Source: Candidatus Electrothrix sp. GW3-4
Lineage (GTDB): Bacteria; Desulfobacterota; Desulfobulbia; Desulfobulbales; Desulfobulbaceae
Length of the DNA: 32,000 nt
Assembly (NCBI RefSeq): GCF_037902255.1
Contig: NZ_CP147990.1
Coordinates: 1,170,001 to 1,202,000, forward strand
Reading direction: 5' to 3'
This document shows positions 15,711 through 24,762 of this stretch, piece after piece. How positions within the stretch are numbered: the stretch's first letter is position 1; every line of letters starts with the position of its first letter. The notes under the pieces are model-generated. The model had not been told where the DNA came from and searched no databases. It saw nothing but the letters and a program-made list of their open reading frames with translations. A program made the translations under genes and the position numbers.

Positions 15711-17030
15711 GTGCTGGCAAGTATCAAGGAAGACCTTCTTAAGGCCGGAAAGGACGAAGGGTGTATAACCTTCAGTCATCTCAATGAATTATTACCGGAA
15801 GATGTAAAAGATCCCGGAGCCATTGAAGCAGTTTTCGATTTTCTCAATGCCCATAATATTGAGATCGTCACTGTTGAAGACTCGGGAAAAAAAAGAACGC
15901 TTTCCGGTGAGGAGTGGACCGGGAAGGAGGAATTTCAAGACGACGATGAGCACAGCGGGGTTGCTGTTGCTGAAGAGCACGAGTCAGAAGAGACCACAAC
16001 CACTTACCTGCGGGAAATGGGCCAGTTTGAGCTGCTCACCCCGGAAGAAGAGGCGCATTATTCCAGGGCAATCCGGGAAGGTTTTAATGCCATTATTTGT
16101 GCTGTTCGTGAAGATGCATCAAATGTGCCGGAGATCAAGAGCCTGATAGATCGGATTGATCTTTGGGAACGACGTGATCCTACCTTAAAACCCAAGAAAC
16201 AGCAGCTCAACTATATGCGCAAATGCGTGGAAAAAGCTGCTGCCAATCATCAGGAACAACGTGAGCTGTTTGAGCTGCATACCCGATTAGGGGCCTATAA
16301 CCGCTCTATTGAGACGGCAAAGGATTGTATGATCCGGGCCAACCTCCGTTTGGTGGTCTCCATTGCCAAACGCTATATGCATCAGGGCCTGACCCTGGCC
16401 GATCTGATCCAGGAAGGCAATCTGGGGCTGATGCGGGCCGTGTTCCGTTTTGACTACACTAAGGGCAATAAGTTCTCCACCTATGCCTCTTGGTGGATTC
16501 GCCAGGCCATTACCCGGGCGATCCTGGACAAGACCCGGACCATCCGTCTGCCGGTCCATTTCCTGGAGCTGCGGAGCCAGTTCTTTAAGGCCTTCTACTC
16601 CTTGCTGAAGGAATTGGGTCGCGAGCCGACTCCGTCGGAAATTTCCGAGATGACGGATCTGCCCATGGATAAGATCCTGGCCATCCTGGAGGCCTCCCGG
16701 GAGCCGATTTCTTTGGAAACACCGGTGGGGGATGATGATTCCACCCTGGGGGATTTTCTGGAGAACTCGGAATCCGAGTCGCCGTACGATACTGTGCAGA
16801 ATCGGGAGCTGGCCGGTCGGGTGACTGAGGTCCTCTCCACCCTGACGGACCGGGAGGAAAAGATTATCCGGCTTCGTTTCGGGATCGGCGAAAAGGCCGA
16901 GTACACCCTGGAGGAAATCGGGAAAAAATTCAATGTGTCCCGCGAGCGTATCCGTCAGATTGAGAAAAAGGCCCTCAATCGCCTGCGCCACTCCAGCCGG
17001 CGGGAAAAACTCCGCTATTTTCTCGACTGA
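15711..17030 (+). CDS. rpoD: RpoD-family (group 1/2) sigma-70 factor, compact 439-aa form
   Basis: Region 1.1-like N-terminus (GCITFSHLNELLPEDV), region 1.2 YLREMGQFELLTPEEE, region 2 NLRLVVSIAKRYMHQGLTLADLIQEGNLGLMRAVFRFDYTKGNKFSTYASWWIRQAI, and region 4.2 YTLEEIGKKFNVSRERIRQIEKKALNRLRH. GTG start. Confidence 0.8.
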   Translation: MLASIKEDLLKAGKDEGCITFSHLNELLPEDVKDPGAIEAVFDFLNAHNIEIVTVEDSGKKRTLSGEEWTGKEEFQDDDEHSGVAVAEEHESEETTTTYLREMGQFELLTPEEEAHYSRAIREGFNAIICAVREDASNVPEIKSLIDRIDLWERRDPTLKPKKQQLNYMRKCVEKAAANHQEQRELFELHTRLGAYNRSIETAKDCMIRANLRLVVSIAKRYMHQGLTLADLIQEGNLGLMRAVFRFDYTKGNKFSTYASWWIRQAITRAILDKTRTIRLPVHFLELRSQFFKAFYSLLKELGREPTPSEISEMTDLPMDKILAILEASREPISLETPVGDDDSTLGDFLENSESESPYDTVQNRELAGRVTEVLSTLTDREEKIIRLRFGIGEKAEYTLEEIGKKFNVSRERIRQIEKKALNRLRHSSRREKLRYFLD

Positions 17031-17067
17031 GACCTGTCGAATAGTAACTTGTTCTTGTTGTTCGAAA

Positions 17068-17097
17068 AGCCTCTTCCTTTGGAAGGGGCTTTTTTTG
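17068..17097 (+). terminator. intrinsic terminator after the sigma-factor gene
   Basis: 10-bp stem AGCCTCTTCC/GGAAGGGGCT with a 3-nt loop, followed by TTTTTTGTTTTTT. Confidence 0.8.
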
Positions 17098-17193
17098 TTT
17101 TTTGCTGGCTATTCCAGTCATTCTTGTGTATTCGTTGAGGCTCTCGCTGAGCTTTTTTCTCGTTATAATATTAACTTTTTTTTTGCATTTTCA

Positions 17194-18288
17194 ATGGACT
17201 CTCTCATACAGCAGGCCGGATTGGGCGATATCCTTGCCAAGGTCCGGGCCGAAGAACGTCTCTCTTTGGAAGATGGCAAACATCTCTTTGCCTGCCCTGA
17301 TATCCTCGCTGTTGGCTATCTTGCCAACATCGTGCGGGAACGCAAAAACGGCAACCAGGCCTTTTTTATCTATAACCAACATATTAATTATTCCAATATC
17401 TGTACCAATCTCTGTAAATTCTGCGCCTTTGGCAAAGAAAAAGGTGATGCGCTGGCCTATGAGATGGGGATTGCAGAGATCAAGGACAAGGTCAGGGCGC
17501 GGCAGAACGAGCCCATCACCGAGATCCACATGGTGGGTGGCATTCACCCGGACCTTCCCTATTCTTATTATCTTGAGGCCCTGCGCGGAATCAAAGAGGT
17601 TCGACCGGAGGTCCATATTCAGGCCTTTACCTGTGTAGAGATCCAGCACCTGGCTGACCTGAGCGGCCAGTCCGTGGGGGATACCCTGGAGGAGCTGAAA
17701 GCGGCAGGGCTGGGCTCCCTGCCCGGCGGGGGGGCCGAGGTCTTCAGTCCCCGCATCCGGGAGATGACCTGCCCGGACAAGCTGAGCGGGGAAGGGTGGT
17801 TAGAGGTGGCCAAGACAGCGCACCAACACGGCCTGCACACCAATGCCACCATGCTCTACGGCCATATTGAGACCATTGAGGAGCGGCTGGAGCATCTGGA
17901 TGCCCTGCGCCGGACCCAGGATGAGACCGGGGGCTTCCTGACCTATATCCCCCTGGCCTTTCATCCCAAGAACACTGCCATGACCGAACATGCCCGGACC
18001 ACGGGCATGGAGGATCTGAAGAATATCGCGGTGGCCCGTCTGATGCTGGATAACTTCCCCCATATCAAGGCCTACTGGGTGATGATCGGGCCCAAGTTGG
18101 CTCAGGTGGCCCTGTCCTTTGGTGCCGATGATCTGGACGGCACGGTCAAGGAGGAGCATATCACCCGGATGGCAGGGGGGGAGAGCGAGCAGGCCCTGGG
18201 GCATAAGGCCTTGATCCGGCTGATTAAGGAAGCAGGGCGGGAGCCGGTGGAGCGGGATACCCTCTATAAGGTATTGGGAAGGTTTTGA
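17194..18288 (+). CDS. mqnE: futalosine-pathway radical SAM enzyme, MqnE-like (aminodeoxyfutalosine synthase; MqnC paralog not excluded)
   Basis: HINYSNICTNLCKFCAFG (CxxxCxxC), GGGAEVF, NATMLYGHIET, QDETGGFLTYIPLAFHP and FGADDLDGT. The start is set at ATG 17194 (MDSLIQQ...) because the upstream in-frame extension overlaps rpoD and its terminator. Confidence 0.7.
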   Translation: MDSLIQQAGLGDILAKVRAEERLSLEDGKHLFACPDILAVGYLANIVRERKNGNQAFFIYNQHINYSNICTNLCKFCAFGKEKGDALAYEMGIAEIKDKVRARQNEPITEIHMVGGIHPDLPYSYYLEALRGIKEVRPEVHIQAFTCVEIQHLADLSGQSVGDTLEELKAAGLGSLPGGGAEVFSPRIREMTCPDKLSGEGWLEVAKTAHQHGLHTNATMLYGHIETIEERLEHLDALRRTQDETGGFLTYIPLAFHPKNTAMTEHARTTGMEDLKNIAVARLMLDNFPHIKAYWVMIGPKLAQVALSFGADDLDGTVKEEHITRMAGGESEQALGHKALIRLIKEAGREPVERDTLYKVLGRF

Positions 18289-18535
18289 GTTAGGGAGGCG
18301 CCCTCCTTTGGTGACAAGGTGGGGCAATGAGTAAGCGGTGCAGAGAATTTTACATTATTTGATTTCGTTGTCCTTAACCCGGCCTACGCAACGGGTTCTT
18401 CTCTTCCGTCACAGGAGGGGAAGGGCTGTCCCTCAGGGGATCATTTTGCGGCACAGGGGGAGAAGAACTCGTTCCCAAGGATGGATGTACGTGGCGATTG
18501 CACCGCGCTGAAAAGATGATAAGGGAGATCTTTCC

Positions 18536-19138
18536 ATGGAAAAGCTTATGAAGTTTATCAGTGATTTTGCCCCATTTATTGCCTCATATCCGGGATTCGT
18601 CAAAGTACTCTTCATCTTGTGGGTTTTTATCAGCGCAGCCCTCTTTGTCTCGCTCATTCTGGCTCGTTCCTCAAACCCTCCAGCAAAGGAAGTAGCTACC
18701 GGAAATTCGAAACGATCTGCTGCGTCAGCACGAGACGTTTGGATGATTATCGAAGGTCTCGAGTTTTTCGCAGCCCGCCCTGGCGCCCAGGTGCGGGTGA
18801 CCGCAAATGTTAATGGTACAAATTTTTTGTACCCAAGTGTTGGGGGGATTGAGTGGCTTGAGGTGGGACCGTCTATGTCATCTCAGGTCTATCATCTTCC
18901 ACCTACACGTGAGCGTTACCTTGTTCGATTCGAGGCGGAGGTGAGGATACCAGCAAGAGCAGGCAAAGAAGAAATATTGGGAAAACTTACAAGCGTAAAA
19001 GAGGATATTATAGCAGCGCAAGGCGACATCCCTTTCTCTGGAAAATACATTTTGCATACCTTTGACCCTGTCCATATGGCTCGTGGTGCGGAGGCCAGGG
19101 CGATGCTGCTGTACCGGCTCACCTATGACCCTAAATAA
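18536..19138 (+). CDS. hypothetical N-terminally membrane-anchored protein
   Basis: SD GGGAGA 9 nt upstream of the ATG. One TM helix (FVKVLFILWVFISAALFVSLILA) is followed by a roughly 150-aa domain that looks beta-rich. I recognise no motif. Confidence 0.55.
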   Translation: MEKLMKFISDFAPFIASYPGFVKVLFILWVFISAALFVSLILARSSNPPAKEVATGNSKRSAASARDVWMIIEGLEFFAARPGAQVRVTANVNGTNFLYPSVGGIEWLEVGPSMSSQVYHLPPTRERYLVRFEAEVRIPARAGKEEILGKLTSVKEDIIAAQGDIPFSGKYILHTFDPVHMARGAEARAMLLYRLTYDPK

Positions 19139-19280
19139 ACTTTAATTGAAAGCTGTTTTACTCTTTACTACAGAATCTTTAAGGGAGAAATGAGCCGAAG
19201 CGGTAATAACGGCTGAGATGTTCACTGAGTAAAAAAACAGGCCCGCCCTGAGGGCTTTGCAAGCTAAACAGGCAATCATT

Positions 19281-19871
19281 ATGCAATCCAAACTAAAAAA
19301 CCTCTTTTTCTATGTGCCCCTGGACATGAGCTTTGCCAGCCTTGTTGGCAGGCTCCTTATCCTGGCTATCCTGCTTATCTGGGGCTGGAAGCTCATTTTT
19401 GCATCCATCGCCTCCAATGCGGCCGGAAAGAGCCTGCTCCATCTGGTCAATACCCCCTTTCATGAGGCGGGCCATATCTTCTTCCGTCCCTTGGGCTCGT
19501 TCCTCACCTCGCTGGGCGGGACCCTGGGCCAACTCCTCATGCCCCTGATCTGCATGGTCGTCTTTCTCCTCCAGACCCGGGATACCTTTGCAGCCGCAGT
19601 GGGGCTGTGGTGGTTGGGCGAAAACTTTCTCGATATTGCCCCCTATATCGGAGATGCCAGGGCCGGAGTCCTCCCCCTGCTGGGGGGCAACACCGGCCAC
19701 TCCTCTCCCTATGGGTTCCATGACTGGGAGTTTCTCCTTACCGAGACCGGGCTCCTCCGCTATGACCTGACCCTGGCCCGTCTGTCCCACGGCTTCGGCA
19801 GTGCGCTCATGCTCCTTGCCCTTGCCTGGGGTGGCTATATCCTCTGGAAGGCCTATAACGAAGCGCTTTGA
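19281..19871 (+). CDS. polytopic membrane protein with an HExxH motif (putative M50B-like zinc metallopeptidase)
   Basis: FHEAGHIFF (HExxH) lies at the end of the first loop, with at least 4 hydrophobic helices. ATG 19281 is preferred over the TTG at 19257. Confidence 0.5.
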   Translation: MQSKLKNLFFYVPLDMSFASLVGRLLILAILLIWGWKLIFASIASNAAGKSLLHLVNTPFHEAGHIFFRPLGSFLTSLGGTLGQLLMPLICMVVFLLQTRDTFAAAVGLWWLGENFLDIAPYIGDARAGVLPLLGGNTGHSSPYGFHDWEFLLTETGLLRYDLTLARLSHGFGSALMLLALAWGGYILWKAYNEAL

Positions 19872-20074
19872 TGAGCGCTTCACCAGAGAGCCTACCCGCA
19901 ATACCCCAAAGGTTGTATGATAAGAGGGGACGAGTAGCCCCCTTTTGTAAACAGCAAGGCGGCTCATTCGCCTCCCCCATACATAACCATACATAATACA
20001 AAAGAAATAAAGAATCCACCCCCCCGGAGGGGGTGGTTTTCCATGACGAAAGAAAGAGAGACTCCCGCGCAACC

Positions 20075-21934
20075 ATGAATAAACAAGGCATCCCCGCAAC
20101 TAAGATCCAACCCTACGTTTTTCTCCTTCTCTTTCTCCTGTCTTTTTCTTTGGGCGCCTGTGGCCCCAAACCTATTCCAGCCGGTTCTGCCGAGGCAAGA
20201 AAAGAAATCCAGCCGGGGATCTCCTCACCCCTGCTCCATTATCCCTCTGATCTCGACCCGCTGGAAAAAAACAAGGCCGCCCTCCTGGATATTGGCGAGG
20301 AGGCCTTGTTGTTGCGCATTCATCTCATCCGGGCTGCTCGTCGCTCCATAGAGTTGCAAACCATTATCTGGATCAACGACGAAAGCGGTCGGTTGCTCAT
20401 GTACGAGATGATCCAGGCTGCCAAACGAGGGGTCAAGGTCCGCCTGTTGGTGGACCATTTTGTTTCGGAAAAGCATCCAGAGGTTGCTGCCTTCCTGGCC
20501 ACCGTGCATCCTAATCTCCAGATCAAACTGTACAACCCGGTTGTCGGCCTTTTTTCAGGAGAGCGCATCTATCCCTCCATCCTGGATCAGCTCATCCATC
20601 TCCTGACCGGCTTTAACCGGGTGAATCAACGTATGCATAATAAGGTCCTTGTGGTGGATGACCAGGTCGGGATTACCGGGGGCCGCAATAATCAGAATGC
20701 CTATTACGATCAGGCCAGGGGGATGAATTACCGGGACAGGGATGTGCTGGTTGATGGCCCGGTGGTCGGGGAGATGCGCAAGAGCTTTGATGCCTTTTGG
20801 GACTATAAGGATTCGGTCCCGATCCAGTCCCTGGTCGATTGGCAAGAGGAACTTGAGGACGGGACCTTGAAAATCTGGTCGACCAAGGGAGACTTTGCCT
20901 TCAATGGCCTGTTTGAAAAACTCTTTGTTGAGGCAAATGATCCGCAACTCATTAAAGAGAAATTTGTCCGCCACCTGCACCCTGTTGAGCAGGCCTCTTT
21001 TCTTGCTGATAACCCAGGCAAGAATAAAAAACGATTTTTTTGGCGTTTTTTTGGCGCAGGCAAGATAACTCGGGAGTTAGCTAAATTGGTTTCCGATGCC
21101 AAGAAGAGTATCTTTATCAATACCCCCTACCTGATCCTGACAGAGCCAGCTATTTATCTGTTCAAGAACCTTGTGAAAAAACATCCAGAGATCGATATTC
21201 GTATCGCCACCAACAGTCTGGCAGCCACAGACTGTTGGCAGTGTTACGCCTTATCCTTTCAGCTGAAACAGGTGATGTTGAGTGATCTGAAGTTCAGGGT
21301 CTATGAGTTCAAACCTCTGCCCGGGGATATGCGGACCTACATGCCCAGCTTTGATGTCTTGCGTTCAAGGGGCCTGACCCCTACGGAGAAGGAAGAGCTC
21401 GAGGCAGCAAACCTGATTCCAGCAAGGCCAGCGCAGGGCCTGCAACGGCCTCCCTTACCAGGGGAACCCTATTTTGCCCTTCATGCCAAGTCTTTGGTCA
21501 TTGATGATGAGATAACCTTTATTGGTTCGTATAACTTAGATCCCCGCAGTGAAAATCTGAACACTGAAGTGGGCCTGGTTGTCCGGGACAGGGCATTTGC
21601 TGCCCTGGTCAAAGCGAGCATTCAACAAGATATGCTCCCGCAGAACAGTTGGGTGATTGCTAAAAACAGATATCCACTCGGCTTAGACATCCCCAATGCC
21701 CTCCTTGGAGAGTTCTCGCGCCTCATTCCCCTTGTCGATCCTTGGCCGCTTCGTTATGCGGGCTCCTATAATCTCAAAAAGGACAAGGCCCCCCTGGATC
21801 CTGGGCAGAGGGATTTTTACGAGCATTATGATTATGTAGGGAGTTTTCCTGATGTGCCGCCTGAGCGGACAGGCAAGATCCTCGGTGCCCTGACTACCAA
21901 GACCTTATTGGGGATTGTGAAGCCCTTGTTGTAA
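20075..21934 (+). CDS. phospholipase D/cardiolipin-synthase-superfamily lipoprotein (two HKD motifs)
   Basis: Lipobox FSLGAC after a hydrophobic leader. HKD motifs MHNKVLVVDDQVGITGGRN and LHAKSLVIDDEITFIGSYNLDPRS. ATG 20075 is preferred over the GTG at 20033. Confidence 0.8.
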   Translation: MNKQGIPATKIQPYVFLLLFLLSFSLGACGPKPIPAGSAEARKEIQPGISSPLLHYPSDLDPLEKNKAALLDIGEEALLLRIHLIRAARRSIELQTIIWINDESGRLLMYEMIQAAKRGVKVRLLVDHFVSEKHPEVAAFLATVHPNLQIKLYNPVVGLFSGERIYPSILDQLIHLLTGFNRVNQRMHNKVLVVDDQVGITGGRNNQNAYYDQARGMNYRDRDVLVDGPVVGEMRKSFDAFWDYKDSVPIQSLVDWQEELEDGTLKIWSTKGDFAFNGLFEKLFVEANDPQLIKEKFVRHLHPVEQASFLADNPGKNKKRFFWRFFGAGKITRELAKLVSDAKKSIFINTPYLILTEPAIYLFKNLVKKHPEIDIRIATNSLAATDCWQCYALSFQLKQVMLSDLKFRVYEFKPLPGDMRTYMPSFDVLRSRGLTPTEKEELEAANLIPARPAQGLQRPPLPGEPYFALHAKSLVIDDEITFIGSYNLDPRSENLNTEVGLVVRDRAFAALVKASIQQDMLPQNSWVIAKNRYPLGLDIPNALLGEFSRLIPLVDPWPLRYAGSYNLKKDKAPLDPGQRDFYEHYDYVGSFPDVPPERTGKILGALTTKTLLGIVKPLL

Positions 21935-21980
21935 GCCTTACGGTGACGATGACGAGGTGAGGAAAAGAAGAGGGGGCTTC

Positions 21981-22793
21981 TTAGCGTTCTGCCTTGCTGA
22001 TCAGGGGAATCGTCTGACAGGCAGGGTTTGCATACTCCTCCAGCTTAGCCACCAGGGAGCCGATCAGGATCTTTGCGCGGATCTCCACCGGGATCCGGCA
22101 GGCATCATCGGTCAGCCAGAAGACCGTGTCCCCGTCCTTATCATATAAGCCCTTAAACGGCATCTCCGGCATCACCTTCAGGGTATTTCTCGGGCCAAAA
22201 ATGGTTTTCTTCTGCTCCTTGCCCAGCACCCTCACGGCGACCTTATGGTGCTCTTTGTCGACAAAGGAGGGGATGAGCTGCTGCTCCTCCTTTTTTAGGC
22301 GCAGGGCCCGGGTGATGAAAAAGGCAGAAAATTCATTATAGGCTGGCCCGGTCAGTTGGTAGAGCGTCAGCGGGTTTCGGTGCTTCCGATACCTGGCCTG
22401 AAATCGCTCCTGATCATAGAGGGTCAGGCGCTGTACCTTCCTGTTGCCCTCTTGCTGCTGGACCTCATAGCGGGACGGCAGTTTCAGCGGACCCTGGACA
22501 AGGGTGGTAAAGGTATCGTTGACCGGATAAAAGAAGCGGAACAGGCCGTAATCTCTGACCCGGGCCCTGATCACCAGTCCTTCTCCAGCAGGGTTTGGGG
22601 TGACGGTCAGGATAAGATCACCGATCTTTACCCCGCCTGACCAGGAAATAGCAAAATGCATGCGCTCCATGCCGGAGTAGATCACGGCAAGGGCCTGGGG
22701 GGCCAGGGAGAGGGGGCGCTCTGTAGCAAGCAGAGGGGCTGGCCCCCAGAAAAGAAGAAGGAGGGTCAAAAAAGCCCCGTGTTTTTTTATCAT
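21981..22793 (-). CDS. exported DUF3108-like protein
   Basis: Signal peptide FLTLLLLFWGPAPLLA. The overall pattern, including the C-terminal FWLTDDACRIPVEIRAKILIGSLVAKLEEY, matches my recollection of DUF3108. Confidence 0.55.
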   Translation of the reverse strand: MIKKHGAFLTLLLLFWGPAPLLATERPLSLAPQALAVIYSGMERMHFAISWSGGVKIGDLILTVTPNPAGEGLVIRARVRDYGLFRFFYPVNDTFTTLVQGPLKLPSRYEVQQQEGNRKVQRLTLYDQERFQARYRKHRNPLTLYQLTGPAYNEFSAFFITRALRLKKEEQQLIPSFVDKEHHKVAVRVLGKEQKKTIFGPRNTLKVMPEMPFKGLYDKDGDTVFWLTDDACRIPVEIRAKILIGSLVAKLEEYANPACQTIPLISKAER

Positions 22794-22867
22794 ACGCTGT
22801 CGAATCTTATTTTTTTATCTTTGCGTTTTTTTGTCTATCCTTGCCTGTTTTGTCCCTGTTTGTCAAG

Positions 22868-22902
22868 AAAAAAGGGGCGGACTCCTTGTGGAATCACGCC
22901 CC
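22868..22902 (-). terminator. intrinsic terminator downstream of the exported carbonic anhydrase
   Basis: On the minus strand, GGGGCG...CGCCCC (6-bp GC stem with a structured loop) is followed by TTTTTT. Confidence 0.55.
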
Positions 22903-22956
22903 TTTGGCTCTAAGCCGGTGACAAGGTCATCGTCACCCTGGTTATGGCACGGGAAA

Positions 22957-23742
22957 TTACTCCTCGCCTGCCATCTTGTCCATTTCCCGTTTAGGATCTT
23001 TCTCGACCTTTTCCAGGATCTTGCTTACGTCCTCTTCCGGCAGCCACTTGATTTTACCGGTAGCTACATCGTAGATCGCACCAACAACCTTGGCCTTGCC
23101 TGTCTTGACCAGCTCACGGGAAACCGGGCTCTTCATGAACAGATCTTCCACACCCTGCCATACGTTCTCCTCAATAGCATAGGGGATAACATCAGCTCCC
23201 TTGGCCTCGGGATGCTCTTTGATCGCCTTTTTTACTGCTGGTTCGATGTTGTCAACCAGGGGCGGAATATTGATCTCCAGGGCATGACCGTGTCCCTGCA
23301 CCTCATTGGTTACCGCAGTAACCGCGCCACATTGGGTGTGCCCCAGGACAACAAAGACCGGGGTGTTGACATGGGCCAGACCGTACTCCACAGAACCAGC
23401 CTCATCGGTGTCAATCACGTTACCGGCAACCCGGATAACAAAGACATCCATGATACCTGCATCAAAGAGACGCTCAACCGGTACCCGGGAGTCGGAGCAG
23501 GTAATAACTGTAGCATAGGCATGATCGCCCTGATCCTCTTTACCTGCCTGGATCAGGCGTGCAGCATCTGTGTGGGGATGGTTGGATTTGCCGCTGACAA
23601 AACGCGCATTGCCTTCCTTGAGCATCTTAATTGCCTCGTCCGGGCTCGGTTTCTTGGCCTTTGAGTTTGCCAAGGCAGGGGCAGCGGCCAGAGTCAGCAC
23701 GCAGCAGGCGCCGACAAGGGTTTTCAAGATTGACTTTTTCAT
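22957..23742 (-). CDS. beta-class carbonic anhydrase with signal peptide (periplasmic)
   Basis: Signal peptide MKKSILKTLVGACCVLTLAAAPALA. CA motifs ITCSDSRVPVE and VLGHTQCGAV. Strong SD AGGAGAGG directly upstream. Confidence 0.85.
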   Translation of the reverse strand: MKKSILKTLVGACCVLTLAAAPALANSKAKKPSPDEAIKMLKEGNARFVSGKSNHPHTDAARLIQAGKEDQGDHAYATVITCSDSRVPVERLFDAGIMDVFVIRVAGNVIDTDEAGSVEYGLAHVNTPVFVVLGHTQCGAVTAVTNEVQGHGHALEINIPPLVDNIEPAVKKAIKEHPEAKGADVIPYAIEENVWQGVEDLFMKSPVSRELVKTGKAKVVGAIYDVATGKIKWLPEEDVSKILEKVEKDPKREMDKMAGEE

Positions 23743-24246
23743 TACCTCTCCTTCTTACTAGAATTAAGTATTCATTGATCTGCCGAACAACCCTGTTCGA
23801 CATAATTGGGTACTGAATCTTCTTCTGAGAGCTCTGCGATGCGTTGAACAGCCTTTGGATCGCAGGAAAGCTATGTTGACAAACCGATGTTTGACAAAAC
23901 GAAGGGCTTTTTAAAACAACATCTGCCACAGAATACAAAACAGCTGTCTTCTCAAAGAGATATTGAAAAAGAATATTATATATAGCGAGACGGTCGAGAA
24001 TTGTCAAGGGGGGGAATGTTTTTTATCCCGGCCTGTTAAAAAAGATTCTCGCTCCTCACCATGCAGGGGCGGGCGTAACCTTATCTGCTTGGCCGGAAAA
24101 ACAGGGAGAAGGGATTGGGGTGGAAGGGCCAGTGGCTTGGTTCCATTGACAAAGCAAAAACTCTCTGCTATCTTTTTCCGATTCCGCAAGGAGGGGTGTT
24201 CTCCTCCGTGTTCTCTTAACCTTATCGTCTTATCGGTCTTCAGCCC

Positions 24247-24762
24247 ATGCCTGGTCATCCTGTTCATCCTCCTGTCCATATCGTCTTCCAATTTCTTAAG
24301 CAAGAACAGCGTCCTGCTATCCACCTCCATGAAGGACTGCTCCGCAGCCAGGTCCTGATGCTCTTGGAGGAGATCGATCGGCCTGCCAGCAGCGTAAGCA
24401 TCGTGTTTATGGATGATCCGGCCATGACCGCCTATAACCAGCAGTACCGCTCCAAACCAGGGCCGACCAATGTCCTTTCCTTTCCAGCAGCAGAGGGGCT
24501 GGATGAGCTGGAGGGTCTTCTGCCGGAGGGGCTGGCAGCAGATGAACTGGGGGATATCCTTATTTCCGTTGAGACTGCACAGCGAGAGGCCCGGGAAAAA
24601 GACATCTCCCTGCATCAGCGCCTGACCGAGTTGCTCATTCACGGTCTCCTCCATCTGATCGGCTATGATCATGAGATCTCAGACCAGGAGGCCGAGCGGA
24701 TGTTCAGCCGGGAAAGGTCCCTCTTTTGTGCAATCCACCATCACCAACCATGGAGAAAAAAA
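24247..24762 (+). CDS. ybeY: endoribonuclease YbeY (rRNA maturation factor); the frame has no stop codon and continues in-frame into pdxJ
   Basis: [31 protein letters not shown] and the Zn-binding [11 protein letters not shown] motif. There is no in-frame stop before ATG 24763. Confidence 0.75.

Noticed and set aside
16287-16991. 234-aa ORF on the - strand
   Set aside because: It is antisense to the highly conserved sigma-factor regions 2-4. It is a shadow ORF with low-complexity Gly/Pro/Gln/Leu content.
16933-17193. N-terminal 87-aa extension of the MqnE-like ORF (the track starts it at 16933)
   Set aside because: The extension overlaps the 3' end of rpoD and runs through its strong terminator. 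The conserved MqnE-like sequence begins at MDSLIQQ (ATG 17194).
19293-20099. 268-aa ORF on the - strand
   Set aside because: It is antisense to the HExxH membrane protein and the intergenic region. It is Gly/Pro/Glu-rich and lacks start context. The + strand product has coherent TM helices.
22831-23664. 277-aa ORF on the + strand
   Set aside because: It is antisense to the exported beta-carbonic anhydrase, which carries a signal peptide, catalytic motifs, a strong SD and a terminator.
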